Made by a program: the position numbers and the translations under genes. From assembly GCF_006345805.1 (NCBI RefSeq), contig NC_043019.1:2852001-2916000 (forward strand): a DNA stretch of 64,000 bases, in the 5' to 3' direction. The stretch is from Octopus sinensis. Its lineage: Eukaryota. Positions 24,912-38,720 of this stretch are shown piece by piece (position 1 is the stretch's first letter; the number at the start of each line of letters is the position of its first letter). Below the pieces are notes generated by a model, which was not told where the DNA came from, did no database searches, and was given only the letters and a program-made list of their open reading frames with translations.

Positions 24912-26700
24912 TATATATACACCTGTGGAATTATATATTTTCACTTGAAAAACAAAGTTGGCAACAAGAAGATTGCCCAGCCATAGAACAATGCGTCAAT
25001 AAGTGTTGTCCATCTTATGCCAACATGGAAATACAGGTATAAAAATGATGATGGTATATATATATATTTATGTGTGAGTGTATATTATCGATATCTCTGC
25101 GTATACAAACATTTAAATGAATGCATGTACGCTTACTTACATTTTCCAGTAAATTGATATAACGATTTCTCCCCCGTCCCCATTTCCCTTCTCTCGACAA
25201 ATCTCTACCTGGCCATCTTGCTGCTGCTTCCTTTGTCATTTAATTTCATTCTGGTAGGTTTAACATTCTGTATTCTTTTTCATGGCCATTATAACAGCAT
25301 GCTTCTCCTCTAATCTAATTCTTATTCACATGGAAATATTTGCCATGGCTACCTGCATAACAAACAATTTTACTAAATCTTTGTTCGGTGATTTAGATTC
25401 TGTTCTCTTCTATTTTAATGTCTGTGATGATGCCTACTCTTGTCTTTGACTATTTATTCTCACTACTATAGCTTCTATACCAATATTTCCTTTGTATTGA
25501 AACATTGTCAGCCTTGAAGCAGAATTTCTTGAATTCGTTCAAAACATTAAAAAGATAATTTCATTTTGCTGTATTTTTCTATCTTTTCCTCCTGTATTTC
25601 ACCAACCATCTAAACACAGAAGAGGAGACAGATAAACATTGAACTCAGGCTTTTAGAAATTATATTTTAGTCTTTTTTTTTATGTTTATCCATTACTTTA
25701 GGTTGATATCTTCACAAGACAACGAGGATTGTGCTGAAAGTAGAACCTGAACTCTAAAATATAACTGGTTTATCTCATGCAAAAGAGGATTATTTGAGTC
25801 AACAAGGGAAATTTTCCTCACTTATTCAACTGGTTAGAAATATTCACCAAATCTCCAATCTCCTTTTACCATTTTGCATTTAACCTATCCATATCTGACC
25901 CAAATGTTTTATGTTCAAATAAGCTGGAGCTGGCTTCTCGACCTTAATCTACAATGTCATTCTAAAGAATATACAATCACATCATTGAAATGTTGAAGCT
26001 ATGAGATAATGTGGGATTAATGCAAAACAATATGAATATACTAGCATTACATTTCATAGTAATATGAATACTGAAGGGTTAAACATTATCCTGCTGTTAA
26101 AAAAAAAATAAGGCTATTTTGGACTATATAACCCTTGACGTTCAAACAAAGACAATGATGGTTGGAATATCTTTGATGATAGGTTTTCCTTAATCAGAGA
26201 GCTAAACTAGATTTAAATAAAGGATTAGTCAATCTAGCAAAATCATTTTTAAAGTCTATTGTATTTTAGTGGATAGCAGAATGTGTTAGAATGGACATCC
26301 TATTTTAGAAATTCTCAGCAAAAGATATGCAAATGATATCTTTCTAATCCACACTGACATTAAAAATAAGTGATTATATTGATAATCCTCACTACTTTCT
26401 AGCTCCAGGCGTTTTTATCTGTCATTTATGCAAATTATCAGAGAGCAAAATAATATAATGTTTGAATTAATTTAGTGTTCTTTAATGAATTACACACATT
26501 CTTTTTTTTAATGATTGTGTGTGAAGTAACATGATTACTATTAATTAATAACTAATTTTACTTGAAATTTAAATAACAACTAGAAATGAAATGAGGTCCA
26601 TTGGTGTCCATTGATCTCTAAAGTAAATCATGTGTTAGGTTATAGGTGATAATAGTGTTTGAGGCAAACACACTGGTTTAAGCCATGGGAATATTGTATG

Positions 26701-26783
26701 AATCAGCTGTCTCTGACTATTCAGATGGCAGAGAGCCTGAGCAAATCAGCTGTCTCTGACTATTCAGATGGCAGAGAACCTGA
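26701..26783. repeat. 43-bp tandem duplication, each unit containing a hairpin
   Basis: aatcagctgtctctgactattcagatggcagaga(g/a)cctga x2, 39/40 identical. Confidence 0.9.
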
Positions 26784-27314
26784 ATGAAGCAGATGTCAAT
26801 CCATCTAGAATATAGATTCAACTGATTTTGCTCAGCTCTATATTTCTCTACAGATTACACTGTTTGATGCTCCTCTTCTGGCTCATTTATGTTTCTGTAA
26901 TAAGAAGCTAAATATTCTATTCATCTTACAACAATAACACCAACAATATTTTCTATGTAAATCATATGTCCGTACTTAATGTTATCTTTTAATCAATTAG
27001 CTATTCACTTTATCTTCTTTATTGATGGTTTTTCTTCTTACATTAACTGCCTTGCATAAATTCTAAATTAGAAGTATAATCATTGTTAGTATCTATCCAG
27101 TTTTCAGATTCAATATGTGGAATGAGGGACTAAATGTCTTGCAGTAATTATTTAGATATGTTCCTTTAAATTTCAAATTCAAATCCCACTGGTGCCAATT
27201 TCCTTTCTGAAAAAGATTTAAGTGGCTTTGATCTCTCCCATTCCAACCTACCCAATCCCAGAATTGTAGGAGACCTGCCAATTTTTGAATTTTTTTTTCT
27301 TTTTCTTTTTCAAA

Positions 27315-27520
27315 TTTTGGTACAAAGTCCACCGTTTTGCAGAAAGAAGCAAGTTAATTGATTAGAATAACTGCAAGTACTTGACTACTGCTTTATGTTA
27401 TCAATCCCGAAAGGATGAACAGCAAAGTTGAACCTAGCAGGATTTGAACTTAGAACATTAAGAGACAAAAGAGATGCCGTTAAGCATTTGTTTGATGTGT
27501 CAATGATTCTGTCGATTCTG
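27315..27520 (-). mobile_element. SINE family B, diverged
   Basis: cccgaaaggatgaacagcaaagttga...gatttgaactt. Confidence 0.65.
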
Positions 27521-28654
27521 TCAATTCAGAAATCCTATTGATACTCGGAAATGAGGGACATTTACCTGGACACTTGACCTAAAAAAAAGCAGCCAAATGT
27601 TTTTCAGATCATACCTTATTTTCTTCAAATAGAAAAGAACACATTAAATATAGCTTTAAAAAGACAGAATGGTCATGTCTGGAAGGCTTGTGATCTTAGG
27701 TCTGCTAAATCGTGATTTACCTGTTTTTATTTTACTGGCAAAATACCATCATTATAACTGATTTTATGACATAATTACTTTATGAATTTTTATATCTAGT
27801 AAAGCTGTCTAAAAACGGGAATAGTTGGTTGCTCAGGCACAAAACAAATATGTTAACATAAAAAAAATATAGTAATGCTATTATCACCATGCTTCCAATG
27901 AGAATAAACTGCCAATGTCTTAATTTATGTTTAAAATAATCAAAAATCTAGATGAAAGGAGTTTTATGAGATAACTGAAACATTTTTCATTTCTGTGTCT
28001 CCTTAGTTGGTGTTTTGGAAGACAGCTTAGAGAAAGGAAAGATATATTTGTCTACTGACATCTCATTAGTTTAATGAGGAGATATCTGTGGAGATTTGTA
28101 ATACTAATAAAAAAAAAAAGAAAAAAAAAGAAACACCAATTTATATACCAAGCTGCTGGAAATATGCACACACACACACACAAGCTTGTTACCCTATCCT
28201 TTATCACTAATTGACAGCCATCATTCTCTGTCTCTTTCTTTTACCATTGCCCATCTTTATTGCTGTCTAACACATGCGATTCACACTACTTGTTCCATTA
28301 CTTGCTGTTGACATACACAACAATCTTTCTTTCCACATTTTCTCTCTCTCTTGCTTTTATTATTATTCTATTTCCCTTTCTCACTCCTGTCATTCTCGCT
28401 TCCCTCATCATGATACTCATTCTATTTTTGTATTCAACCACCTTATCAACAACCAATATGTGGCTGTCTATCACTGTCTGTCTTCAAATACTACCACCTC
28501 TACTAATGGCTCACTCCTTTTCTCTTCTTAATCGCTGTCATCTATTTACCTTCTCATTAAGCCATGTCAAAACTTGAGCTTTCAAATGTGACGGGACTCA
28601 TAACCCATCTAGTCGTTTGAAACCTAGACCCAAATATGAACAAGCCAGGACTGT

Positions 28655-28956
28655 GTGTGGAGGCACATGGCCTAGTGGTTAGAGCAGCAGGCTCGCAGTC
28701 AAAGGATCGCAGGTTCGAATCTCAGACCGGGTGATGTGTGTGTTTATGAGTGAAATACCTAAGCTCCACGTGGCACCGGCAGAAGGTAATGGCAAACTTC
28801 TGCTGACTCTTTCACCACAACTTTATCTCACACTTTCCTCCTGCATCTTGCAGCTCACTTGTGATGGACCGGCATCCCGTCTAGATGGGGAACCTATACG
28901 CCAAGAAACCGGGAAACCAGCCCTTATGAGCCAGGCATGGCTTGAGAAGGAAAACC
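28655..28956 (+). mobile_element. SINE family E (tRNA-Arg-like head)
   Basis: tggcctagtggttagagcag...ggttcgaatctc; 10-bp TSD ccaggactgt at 28645-28654 and 28957-28966. Confidence 0.9.
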
Positions 28957-30446
28957 CCAGGACTGTAGTGACCCATTCTACTGATGAAAATATTGATATA
29001 GATATATATAGTAAATAATTTTTTGTTTGTGAAAAGTCAGAACAAAGTGAGTTATGAGTTCCTCTAAGAACAGCGGGGAAACTCAGAGTAATGATGAGCA
29101 ATGAGGGCTTAACAAAAACAGGTAAATAAAGTCAATGACAAGGGGTAACTATCTGTATTTAATGAAGATAAATATATTTCCATTATAAAACAAAAGTCGT
29201 TTTTAAATACAGCCACAAATACATCACAACCCATTGTTTCCAAGGCATCTTTTATCAATTAATATGTCTGCAGTGTTACATCAATCTTTTCCTGCAATGT
29301 TCTATAGTGTACCAAGACTGGCATTTTGGTCTATTTTGAAATTGGTATCAACTTTTTTGATACCAATCCACCTAAGACTATGCCTGGTTCTCTAATACAA
29401 CCTTCCAGTTTTAAAGCAATCTAAAATAAACCATACATCAAAATTTTATGTAAATTTATGTCCAAAAAACCAGCTCCATAATGATAAATTTATTTTACTA
29501 AATTCCTTGTTATTTTGAAAATTAACTGCAATAAAGTAGTGTATTTCAACAGAGAGATGAGAATAATAGTGTTTTAAAGATTAATGTAAATGACATGAGG
29601 TAGCGAAACAACTGTAGCCATAGTGAAACTGTGCGTTATATGTATTACGATGTTCACTGAAAATGTTGGATAGGAAAACACAGTGTGCTAGAAATGGCAG
29701 CTAGTTCACACAGTGTTAACACTTGAGAAGATGGTTTCATTTCCATTCTTTAAAACATTATTTCTTTTCATGAACAGTAACATAACTAGATTCTGTACAG
29801 ATATTATTAACATTTAACAAAACTGTTCTGTGATGATAGAAAGTATTGATAATTCATATTAGGTAATGCCAGACATTTCAGTTTCATAAAGCTGTGTGTG
29901 TGAGTGTGTGTACAGGTATGGTGATGCAAGAAGGAAAAATAGAACTTGAAATATCAGTATATGTATATTTTTATTAATATTGGTATTATAGCAGAAGCAA
30001 CAGAGTGACTCAAGAACCAAGGCAAGGGTGTCATGTCTTAGCACTTATCAAACTCACAAACCTCTCAGCCCTTGACTTACTTTGTTTGTTCGGGTCTAAC
30101 GACCCTTCATGTTTGTTTTCATTCAGTTTCATTGTATGTCTCCACTGTCGTGTTTTTGTTCCCAACTTTGACCCTCCATAAATCTTAAATTTTATTTTAG
30201 AACTTATGAGACCAACTGTCTTTGAAAACTCATATTGTTATTGAATGCTCGAAATGAGGAGTAGATAGAAAGTCAACAACTGATGAAGGGTCCATTCTCT
30301 GTGTTTACTTGTTCTGTTCTCCATTTTTTCCTCGTTTCTTTATGTATTTCATGTTATTTGCACCATTGGTGACATCATCCTGTACCCATATATGCATGTA
30401 TGTGTGTGTGTATATATATATATATATATAATATATATATATATGT

Positions 30447-30478
<32 letters not shown>

Positions 30479-30493
30479 ATTTATATACATATA

Positions 30494-30827
30494 GGTGCAG
30501 GAGTGGCTGTGTGGCAAGTAGCTTGCTTACCAACCACATGGTTCTAGGTTCATTCCCACTTCGTGACACCTTGGGCAAGTGTCTTCTACTATAGCCTTAG
30601 GCCAACCAAAGCCTTGTGAGTGGATTTGGTAGACAGAAACTGAAAGAAACCCATCATATATATATGTATATATGTGTGTGTGTATATTTTTGTGTGTCTA
30701 GGTTTGTCCCCCCAGCATCGCTTGACAACCAATGGTGGTGTGTTTACGTACCCGTAACTTAGCAGTTCGGCAAAAGTGACTGATAGACTAAGTAGTCAAA
30801 TGACTGAAACAAGTAAAAGTAAAAGAG
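30494..30827 (+). mobile_element. SINE family A with an internal deletion near the tail
   Basis: Head and microsatellite intact; the gcttacaaag...ggtgctcc segment is missing. Confidence 0.85.
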
Positions 30828-31315
30828 ATATGAAACAAGAAACTTAGAAACATTTTACTCTACAGTTCATGACAACAGCTGAAGTACGTAGAAGCTGTTT
30901 ACCATTGAAACAATTAACGAACTTACTAATCAACTTATTATATGTCGAATGTTCTTGTCATGTGTTCAGTAGAGATGGACAGCAATTCTTTCAGCAAAAG
31001 TTCCAAGTCTCTCTCACATTCAAATTTGTGTAGTATCTTATAATTTTACTGCTGTAACAATTGTCACAATTCAAGCTTTATTGGTCATTTCAGGATGCCT
31101 GTTTCATCCAATTGAACCTCAGGCTTATATCACATTACAATTTGGGCCATGTCACCACCTACATTTACAAAAGATGCAAAATCTAATATATTCATTTAGC
31201 TTATTCTAACCTTTTGACTGTATAATTGAATTTCATCGTCATTCCTGTAATTTATTAATTATCTACCAAAAAAATAAAATTGATATTTTCTGTTCCTGTA
31301 ATAGTTTTGCAGTAT

Positions 31316-31621
31316 TTTTTATTTGTTCCTTCTCGAGCCATGCCTGACTCATAAGGGCCGGTTTCCTGGTTTCTTGGCATATAAGTTCCCCACCTGGACG
31401 GGATGCTGGTCCATCGCAGGTGAGCTGCAAGATGCAGGAGGAAAGAGTGAGAGAAAGTTGTGGCGAAAGAGTCAGCAGAAGTTCGCCATTACCTTCTGCC
31501 GGAGCCGCATGAAGCTTAGGTGTTTCGCTCATAAACACATACATCGTCCGGTCTGAGATTCGAACCCACTATCCTTCGACCACAAGTCCGCTGCTCTAAC
31601 CACTAGGCCATGTGCCTCCAC
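31316..31621 (-). mobile_element. SINE family E
   Basis: 13-bp TSD agttttgcagtat at 31303-31315 and 31622-31634; A-rich tail. Confidence 0.9.
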
Positions 31622-32723
31622 AGTTTTGCAGTATCTCTTGTGTATGCCATTTTCATATCCACCACTAAAAGTATTAGATTCTTGCTCAGTAAAGAGCAAT
31701 ATGAAATGTGTTAAAAAATTAAGAAAATCTGAAAAATTGTCTTTTGTAAAAAGTGTCACTGGGGATGTCTTTACTTCTGGTAGCATGAGAGGTTTTCTTT
31801 TTTTCCTAAGCCATGGGGTAGAACTGCTTTCTACAGATAATATAATGAAATTCTGAATGAATGAATCTGCTTTCTGCATTCACTGGTTAAAGTCAAAGGC
31901 TCTGTGTTAGGTTATGTGACAGTGTGTTAGTGTGAGCAGTGGGGCAACGGCTCAGAAGCATAGTAGCCCACTACAGAACAAAATATCTGGTAATTCTAAT
32001 GATGATGGAATAGTTTATAATTATTTTTAATGATAGAATATTTTAGCTAACTTTCTTTGAACTTTTATGACAAGGGAAATTTGATGAAGAAATTTACATC
32101 TGTGATTTAATGTAAAAATAAAAACTAACAGTTGAATGTGTTTTTATTGAATTTAATCTGGGTAATATATATTGATTAGGGCATTTAATCTTCATTGCAG
32201 ATATTGATTGTAGAATTTAATCTGAATAATAGGTGTTGATAACAAAACCAATTTAGCTGATGGCCATTTGATTTTTGTTTTAGCTTCCTCCAATTTTGTT
32301 CAGATAAAGACGTCCACTGATTACAAGTGTGTGTGTATGTGTGTGTGTATGTAAGAGAGAGAGAGAGAGAAAGAGAAAGAGAGCTGTATAATTAGGAAAC
32401 AGTTTACAATAATTTGTAAAAAGAAATGGTTGTAGTTCTGTCTCTAATTTTATCTCTAATTACTTGTATATATTTACTTAGAGTAGTTTCTGTTGCCACA
32501 AACACTGATAAATATAAGTTCAGTGATGAGATAATGAGGAAATCTCTATTTGGCTGCTTGACTTGCTAGAAATAGTATTCAGGCTTCACTGAAATTACAC
32601 CATATTATTTTAGAACAAGAGAGTGTATATTCTCTGAAGTAGTCTTAGATGTGCAATGCCTTAGAGAAGGGTGTAGTGGTCATGGCTGAAACACCTCTGG
32701 TCCTAAATCTACTCTGTCTAAAC

Positions 32724-33022
32724 CAGTGGTTTTCAACCATTTTTTTTTTTTGCCTGTGGACCCCATTGATTCCTATTTTACTCGGATGGACCCTAATAAA
32801 CATTCAATGTATATGAAAAGAATCTTACTGTATTTTTATACTGAAATATTATTTGGAATTATAAAAAATTCAAATATTTTATGTAATGTAGAAATATAAT
32901 CAATTTAATGCACACAAATTTTAACAACAAAATCATATATGGACCCACCAAGGACCATATTGACATACCAAGGGCCATATTGACCCACCAAGGGCCATGT
33001 CAGCCCCAGTTGAGAACAACTG
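32724..33022. mobile_element. hAT (Charlie-like) MITE; second copy inverted at 57557-57833
   Basis: TIR cagtggttttcaac / gttgagaacaactg; 8-bp TSD gtctaaac / gtttaaac; internal 20-bp triplet repeat at 32941-33000. Confidence 0.75.
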
Positions 33023-33582
33023 GTTTAAACAAACCCCAGGTCATTTTAGACAGCAATGACAAACAAGCAGCCTGTGTTGAACCAATAAGAAAGTAGACAT
33101 GAGGTCACTTGGCATGCTAGAAAAAGTAGCCAGACTCCCTCAGATCATACCTTACTATTTTATAAATGGACATATTTGACACATAGTACTGGTATACAAG
33201 AAAAAAAATAAAGAAGGTTGGTCATGGCTAGAATGCCTTTATTCATAGATCTACTTGATCAGTGCTGGCCAAAAAAGCAACAACAAAAACAAAGCAAGTG
33301 AAATAGAGGTAGAGGGTAGAATGTCTGGCCAAATGTTTTTGTCTTTTTTTTGTGTGTGTCTAATTTACAGCCTCCACTTTCTCCATCTTTTGCTGCTAGT
33401 AATTGGGTTTAATTGATGAATTTGCCAGAGATGAATTTAATTAAAACAATAGAATTAAATGCAGAGTAGTCGAAATTGATCAAATATGTCAGATTTGAGT
33501 TAATTGGTTTTCTCTAATATATTCCTTCACTACATTGGACATTGGGACAATGTAGCTAAATTGTTATTTTTTAAAACTTTCA

Positions 33583-34260
33583 CCTTTCACCTGTTTCAGT
33601 CATTAGACTGCAGCCATGCTGGAACAACACCTTGAAGAATTTTTAGTTGAACGAATTGATTTCGTTATTTTTTTTTCCTTTTAATCCTGGTACTTATTTT
33701 GTCAGTCACTTTTGCTGAACTAAGTTACAGGAACATAAACACACCAACACTGGTTACAAGCAGTAGTAGGGGACAAACTCACTCTCTCAGACACACACAC
33801 ACACATATATGCCACATAAAAAGCATCCAGTCCACACTGGTTGGCATTTGGAAGGGCATCCAGCTGTAAAAATCATACCAAAACTAACCTCAGCTGTGCT
33901 AGCCGCCATATAAAAAGCACAGAGCCCACTCTGCAGAGTGGTTGGTTTTAGGAAGGGCATCCAACCGTAAAAACCCTGCCAAAACAGACAGAGTAACATA
34001 GGGTAGCTTTTCTACCTGGCCAGCTCCTGTGAACTGTCCTACTCATGCATGCATGGAAGATGGATGTTAAATGATGATGATGATAATGATGTATGTACAC
34101 AATGGTGTTTCAATTTCCGTCTACAAAATCCAATCACAAGGCTTTGGTTGACCTTGGGCCTATAGCAGAAGACACTTGCCCAAAGTACCATGCAGTGGGA
34201 CTGAACCTGGAACCATATAGTTGGGAAGCAAACTTCTTACCACTCTGCTACACCTGCACT
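33583..34260 (-). mobile_element. SINE family A split by a family C copy (33812-34092, +) inserted in its microsatellite
   Basis: Tail half 33583-33811, family C, then head half 34093-34260. Confidence 0.75.
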
Positions 34261-35250
34261 TATAGAGTATCAAACCAAATGATTTGTAGTATTTGTTCTT
34301 GCTCTTCATATTCTGAGTTCAAATTGGGCAAAGATCAAGTTTGCCTCTCATTCCTCTAAAAATGATACAATAAAATATAACTACCGCCTTGAAATTACTG
34401 CTTTTGTGGCCTAAATTAGTATTATTCTACACGTGTGGAAGGACATTTTGTTGGCAAAATCACTAAAGCAGCATATCAATATGCTTTGGGGTATTTCTTT
34501 CCATTTTTGTTTTTTACATTCTGAGTTCAAATCCTGTTGAGATTAACTTTGCCTTTCATTCTTTCATCATTATCATCACCACCATCTAATGTCCGCTTTT
34601 CCGTGCTTGCATAGGTCAGACAGAATTTGCTGAGGCAGGTTTTCTACAATAAGATGCCCTTCCTGTCACCAACACTCACTTGTTTCCATGGCCAGACATA
34701 TTTTTCATGGAAGACTACAAACAACCCTTGCTTGAATGATGATGATGATCTTCATCAGTTGCAACCATCACATGGTTTCTAGACAAGAGTACACAAAAAC
34801 ACACCGACATTTTCACTTATACTCATATAATAATACACTCATATAATACACTCATATAATACTCTTATATATTCATATAATACTTATATAATAATACACT
34901 CATATAATACACTCACACACATATACAACAGGCTTCTTTCAATTTCCATCTACCAAATCCACTCACAAGGCTTTGATCAGCCCTGCACTATAACAGAAAA
35001 CACTTGTGCAATGTGCTGCATGGTGGGACTGAACCCATGATAACGTGGTCGGGAGGCATGCTTCTTAACCACACAACCACGCCTACAGGATGATAAATTC
35101 TAGTCACATGCTGGGGCAGTTGATGCTAATGTCTCTACTTCTCATAGACTTCCCCCAAAATGTAAGAATTGTGCCTATATGAAGAAACAATTGTAATAGT
35201 GTTTTCTTACAATATATCTACTAAAATACTGAAGACATTTGTTGCAAAAT

Positions 35251-35255
35251 TATTA

Positions 35256-35295
<40 letters not shown>

Positions 35296-35381
35296 CATTA
35301 TTATCATTATTATCATTATTATTATTATTATCATTATTATCATTATTATTATTATCATTATTATCATTATTATCATTATTA

Positions 35382-35424
<43 letters not shown>

Positions 35425-35571
35425 CCTCATCATCATTATTATTATTATTATTATTATTATATTATTATTATTATCATTATTATTATTATTATCATCATCA
35501 TCATCATCATCATCATCATTATTATCATCATCATCATCATCATCATTATTATTATTATTATTACTATTATT
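35251..35571. repeat. Compound (ATT)n/(ATC)n microsatellite
   Basis: About 320 bp of trinucleotide repeat; source of the poly-L/Y/I ORF artefacts. Confidence 0.95.
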
Positions 35572-35869
35572 GTAGTTGAGAATTTTTATAGTAATCAATA
35601 TTGTGACACAATTCGAAGCTTTATATTGATTGAAACAGTTAATATAATGAAATGAAGAGAAACATGCATTCTAACATTGAATCATAAAGGAATATCATTT
35701 AGCAATATACACACTGGCTAGAATAGAAAAAATAAACACCTAATAACTACTTAAACATAGTGTTAACAGAGACCTAATATATAACCTATAATCTACTCTA
35801 GATCAAACAGGCTTCTCTTTACAAATTATTGGTACTGATATATATATTTTTTTTTTGTACTTATCTTGG

Positions 35870-36240
35870 CTTTCATCACCATCATCATTTTCCTTCCTCT
35901 TCATTCTTCATTTTTCTTCTTCTTCTTCGTCTTCTTCTTCTTCGTCGTCGTCGTCTTCTTCTTCTTCTTCTTCTTCTTCTTTTCTTCTTCTTCTTCTTCT
36001 TCTTCTTCGTCTTCTTCTTTGTCTTCTTCTTCTTCGTCTTCTTCTTCTTCATCATTCTTCATCTTCTTTATCTTCATCATCATTTTCTTCATTCTTCTTC
36101 GTCGTCATCATTTTTCATTGTCATCATCATTCTTCCTTTTCATTGTTGTCATCATTCTTCTTCATCATCTTTCTTCGTAATCATCATTTTTCACTGTCGT
36201 CATCATCATCATCATCATCTCTTTTCTTCTTTCCTTCTTT
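35870..36240. repeat. Compound (CTT)n/(CGT)n/(CAT)n low-complexity tract
   Basis: Direct read. Confidence 0.9.
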
Positions 36241-36288
36241 CCTCATTTCCTCTTCACTCTGTCCCTTCCCCCACCCCCTTCTCTTACT

Positions 36289-36321
<33 letters not shown>

Positions 36322-36984
36322 TTCTCCATGACATACATTTTAAGGCCTTACGAAAATACACAGAAGTAAATTATATTCATGATGATGATTCCTCATCTAA
36401 GTATAAGTCTTTCAACAGCAAATAATTATTGATTCAAACCTCTTATCACACCATTGTCTCACTCTATATTTTGTTTTGATTTCTTTCTTCTCCGTTCTCT
36501 TTATACGAACCATTTAGTGTATTTGACAAAACCTTGCCTTCCTTCTAATGTATTCTAAGTGAAAATTCCCGTTATTTCTGTCCAGTGTTAAACTCATTGA
36601 CAACTGGTTCACTATAAGTAGCTAAGCTGTTTGACTACATCAGCTAGACAGCACTTACCAACACAGGAATAGCTAAATGTGGGTGGAGTTCTCAATCATT
36701 CTGTTCAAATTATCAATGTAAATGAATGAGTCAGATGTTTATAATTGTTTGGTCTTGTGTAGTCGTTGCTAATTTATTTGCTTACTTCTGGTCCAGTGAT
36801 TAGTTGATGTGATTTATTTGATCTTCTAAAAGGGTCGAGACTTTTTTTTTCTTCACGCTGATGTTCAAGAAGCATAACAGGGTTTTAATGGTCGTGTTTC
36901 AGGATAGAACTCAGAAACATGGGGTTGTGAAACAAGCATTTTAACCACGCAGCCAAGCCTATGTTTATGCTGGATGATATATGC

Positions 36985-37217
36985 AAGGCAGCGAGCTGGC
37001 AGAACCGTTAGGAAGCCGGGCGAAATGCATAGCCGTATTTCGTCTACCGTTACGTTCTGTGTTCAAATTCCGCCGAGGTCAACTTTGCCTTTCATCCTTT
37101 TGGGGTCGATAAATTAAGTACCAGTTACGCACTGGGGTCGATGTAATCGACTTAATCCGTTTGTCTGTCCTTGTTTTTTCCCTCTGTGTTTAGCCCCTTG
37201 TGGGTAATAAAGAAACA
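36985..37217 (+). mobile_element. SINE family B (tail 1 form), young
   Basis: 9-bp TSD gatatatgc at 36976-36984 and 37218-37226; CpG-rich. Confidence 0.9.
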
Positions 37218-37284
37218 GATATATGCTTATGATGTGTGTATGTATGCACATAAAACACACACTTGTTTATATATATTTGTAGTG

Positions 37285-37660
37285 AGGCACCGGGGTGGCT
37301 GTGTGGTAAGAAGCTTGCTTCCCAACCATACAGTTCTGGTTTCAGTTCCACTGTGTGGCAAGCATCTTCTACTATAGCCTTGGGCTGATCAAAGCCTTGT
37401 GAGTGGATTTGGTAGACGGAAATTGAAAGAAGCCCATTGTATATATATATATATATATATATAAATACACATATATAAATACACATATATATATATATAT
37501 ACACACATATGTGTGTGTGTGTATTTATGTGTGTGTTTGTTCCCCACCCCATCATCACTTCACAACTTGTGTTGGTGTGTTTATTGTCCTCGTAATTTAG
37601 CAATTTGACAAAAGAACCCAACAAAATAAGTGCTAGGCTTTGTAAAATAAGTCCTGGAGT
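37285..37660 (+). mobile_element. SINE family A followed by an inverted partial copy (37665-37775)
   Basis: Foldback junction gtcttctagtatagcc / ggctatagtagaagac. Confidence 0.75.
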
Positions 37661-37795
37661 CTTCTAGTATAGCCCAAGGCTATAGTAGAAGACACTCGTC
37701 CAAAATGCCACGCATGAGGCTGAAACCAGAACCATGTAGTTGGAAAACAAGCTTCTTATCACACACCCATGCCTGTGCATATATCTATCTATCTA

Positions 37796-37884
<89 letters not shown>

Positions 37885-38289
37885 GTGCATATGTGCATGC
37901 CCATATGTATATGATCAAAAAGAAGTTTGTAATTCCAGTGGTTTAATGATGAAAAAGATTGTTAGTGATAGTACTGATTGCTAACATAATGTCTAACATA
38001 GTTAAATATTTATCAGTATGGCACATCGGACAACTAGTATAATATCTGTCTTTGTAATAGAATGTGATAAGCGCTATAAAACATTGATAGTGTTCAGTTA
38101 CTAATTTATCACTTAATATCAGAAATCTCGGACTAATAGTTAATGTGTTAGAGAGGAGGAGAAAGAAACAGCGGGATGGTGGAAGTTTGGAAAATTGGTT
38201 TCGGAATCTGGGAAATATTACTTCAACTTTTTTTTTTTTTCTCTTTTGTCTGGTAAACAGGTAAATCAATGGATAAATTTGTAATCACA

Positions 38290-38493
38290 CAGGTGTGGCT
38301 ATGTGGTAAGAAGCTTGCTTCCCGACCACATGGTTCAAGGTTCAGTCCCACTGTGTGGCACCTTGGGCAAATGTCTTCCACTATAGCCTCAGGTTGACCA
38401 AAATCTTGTGAGTGGATTTGATAGGCAGAAGCTGAAAGAAGTGTCTATACATATATATATATATATATATATAGACACAAGCACACACATATT

Positions 38494-38575
<82 letters not shown>
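38290..38575 (+). mobile_element. SINE family A 5' half ending in (TA)n(GA)n
   Basis: Head motifs followed by microsatellite. Confidence 0.8.
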
Positions 38576-38578
<3 letters not shown>

Positions 38579-38669
38579 ACACTGAGGCTGCTCTGATTTG
38601 GCGTAAAACAGTTTAGTGGGGACCGCAGATTTCAACATAGTGGGTTGGAAAGATTTTTCAGATGGTTGA

Positions 38670-38720
38670 CATTTGCTGATGAAGGAAAGATTTATGTCAA
38701 ACCAGAAAGCAGTCCACATG
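38670..38720 (+). ncRNA. Degenerate hammerhead-like motif
   Basis: catttg CTGATGA a gg...cc a GAAA gca GTC cacatg; stem I 5/6 paired, stems II and III poor. Confidence 0.35.

Noticed and set aside
28655-28730. tRNA-Arg-like gene (also at 31550-31621, 49053-49125 and 63640-63713)
   Set aside because: No complete acceptor stem; each continues into a SINE body, and three have TSDs
35169-36331. Long ORFs (poly-L, poly-Y/H/I, poly-S/F, poly-E/K)
   Set aside because: They are translations of trinucleotide microsatellites, open only because the repeats lack stop codons
37943-38269. 108-aa minus ORF with YYTSCPMC as a zinc ribbon
   Set aside because: A single CxxC with no partner pair and no recognisable domain
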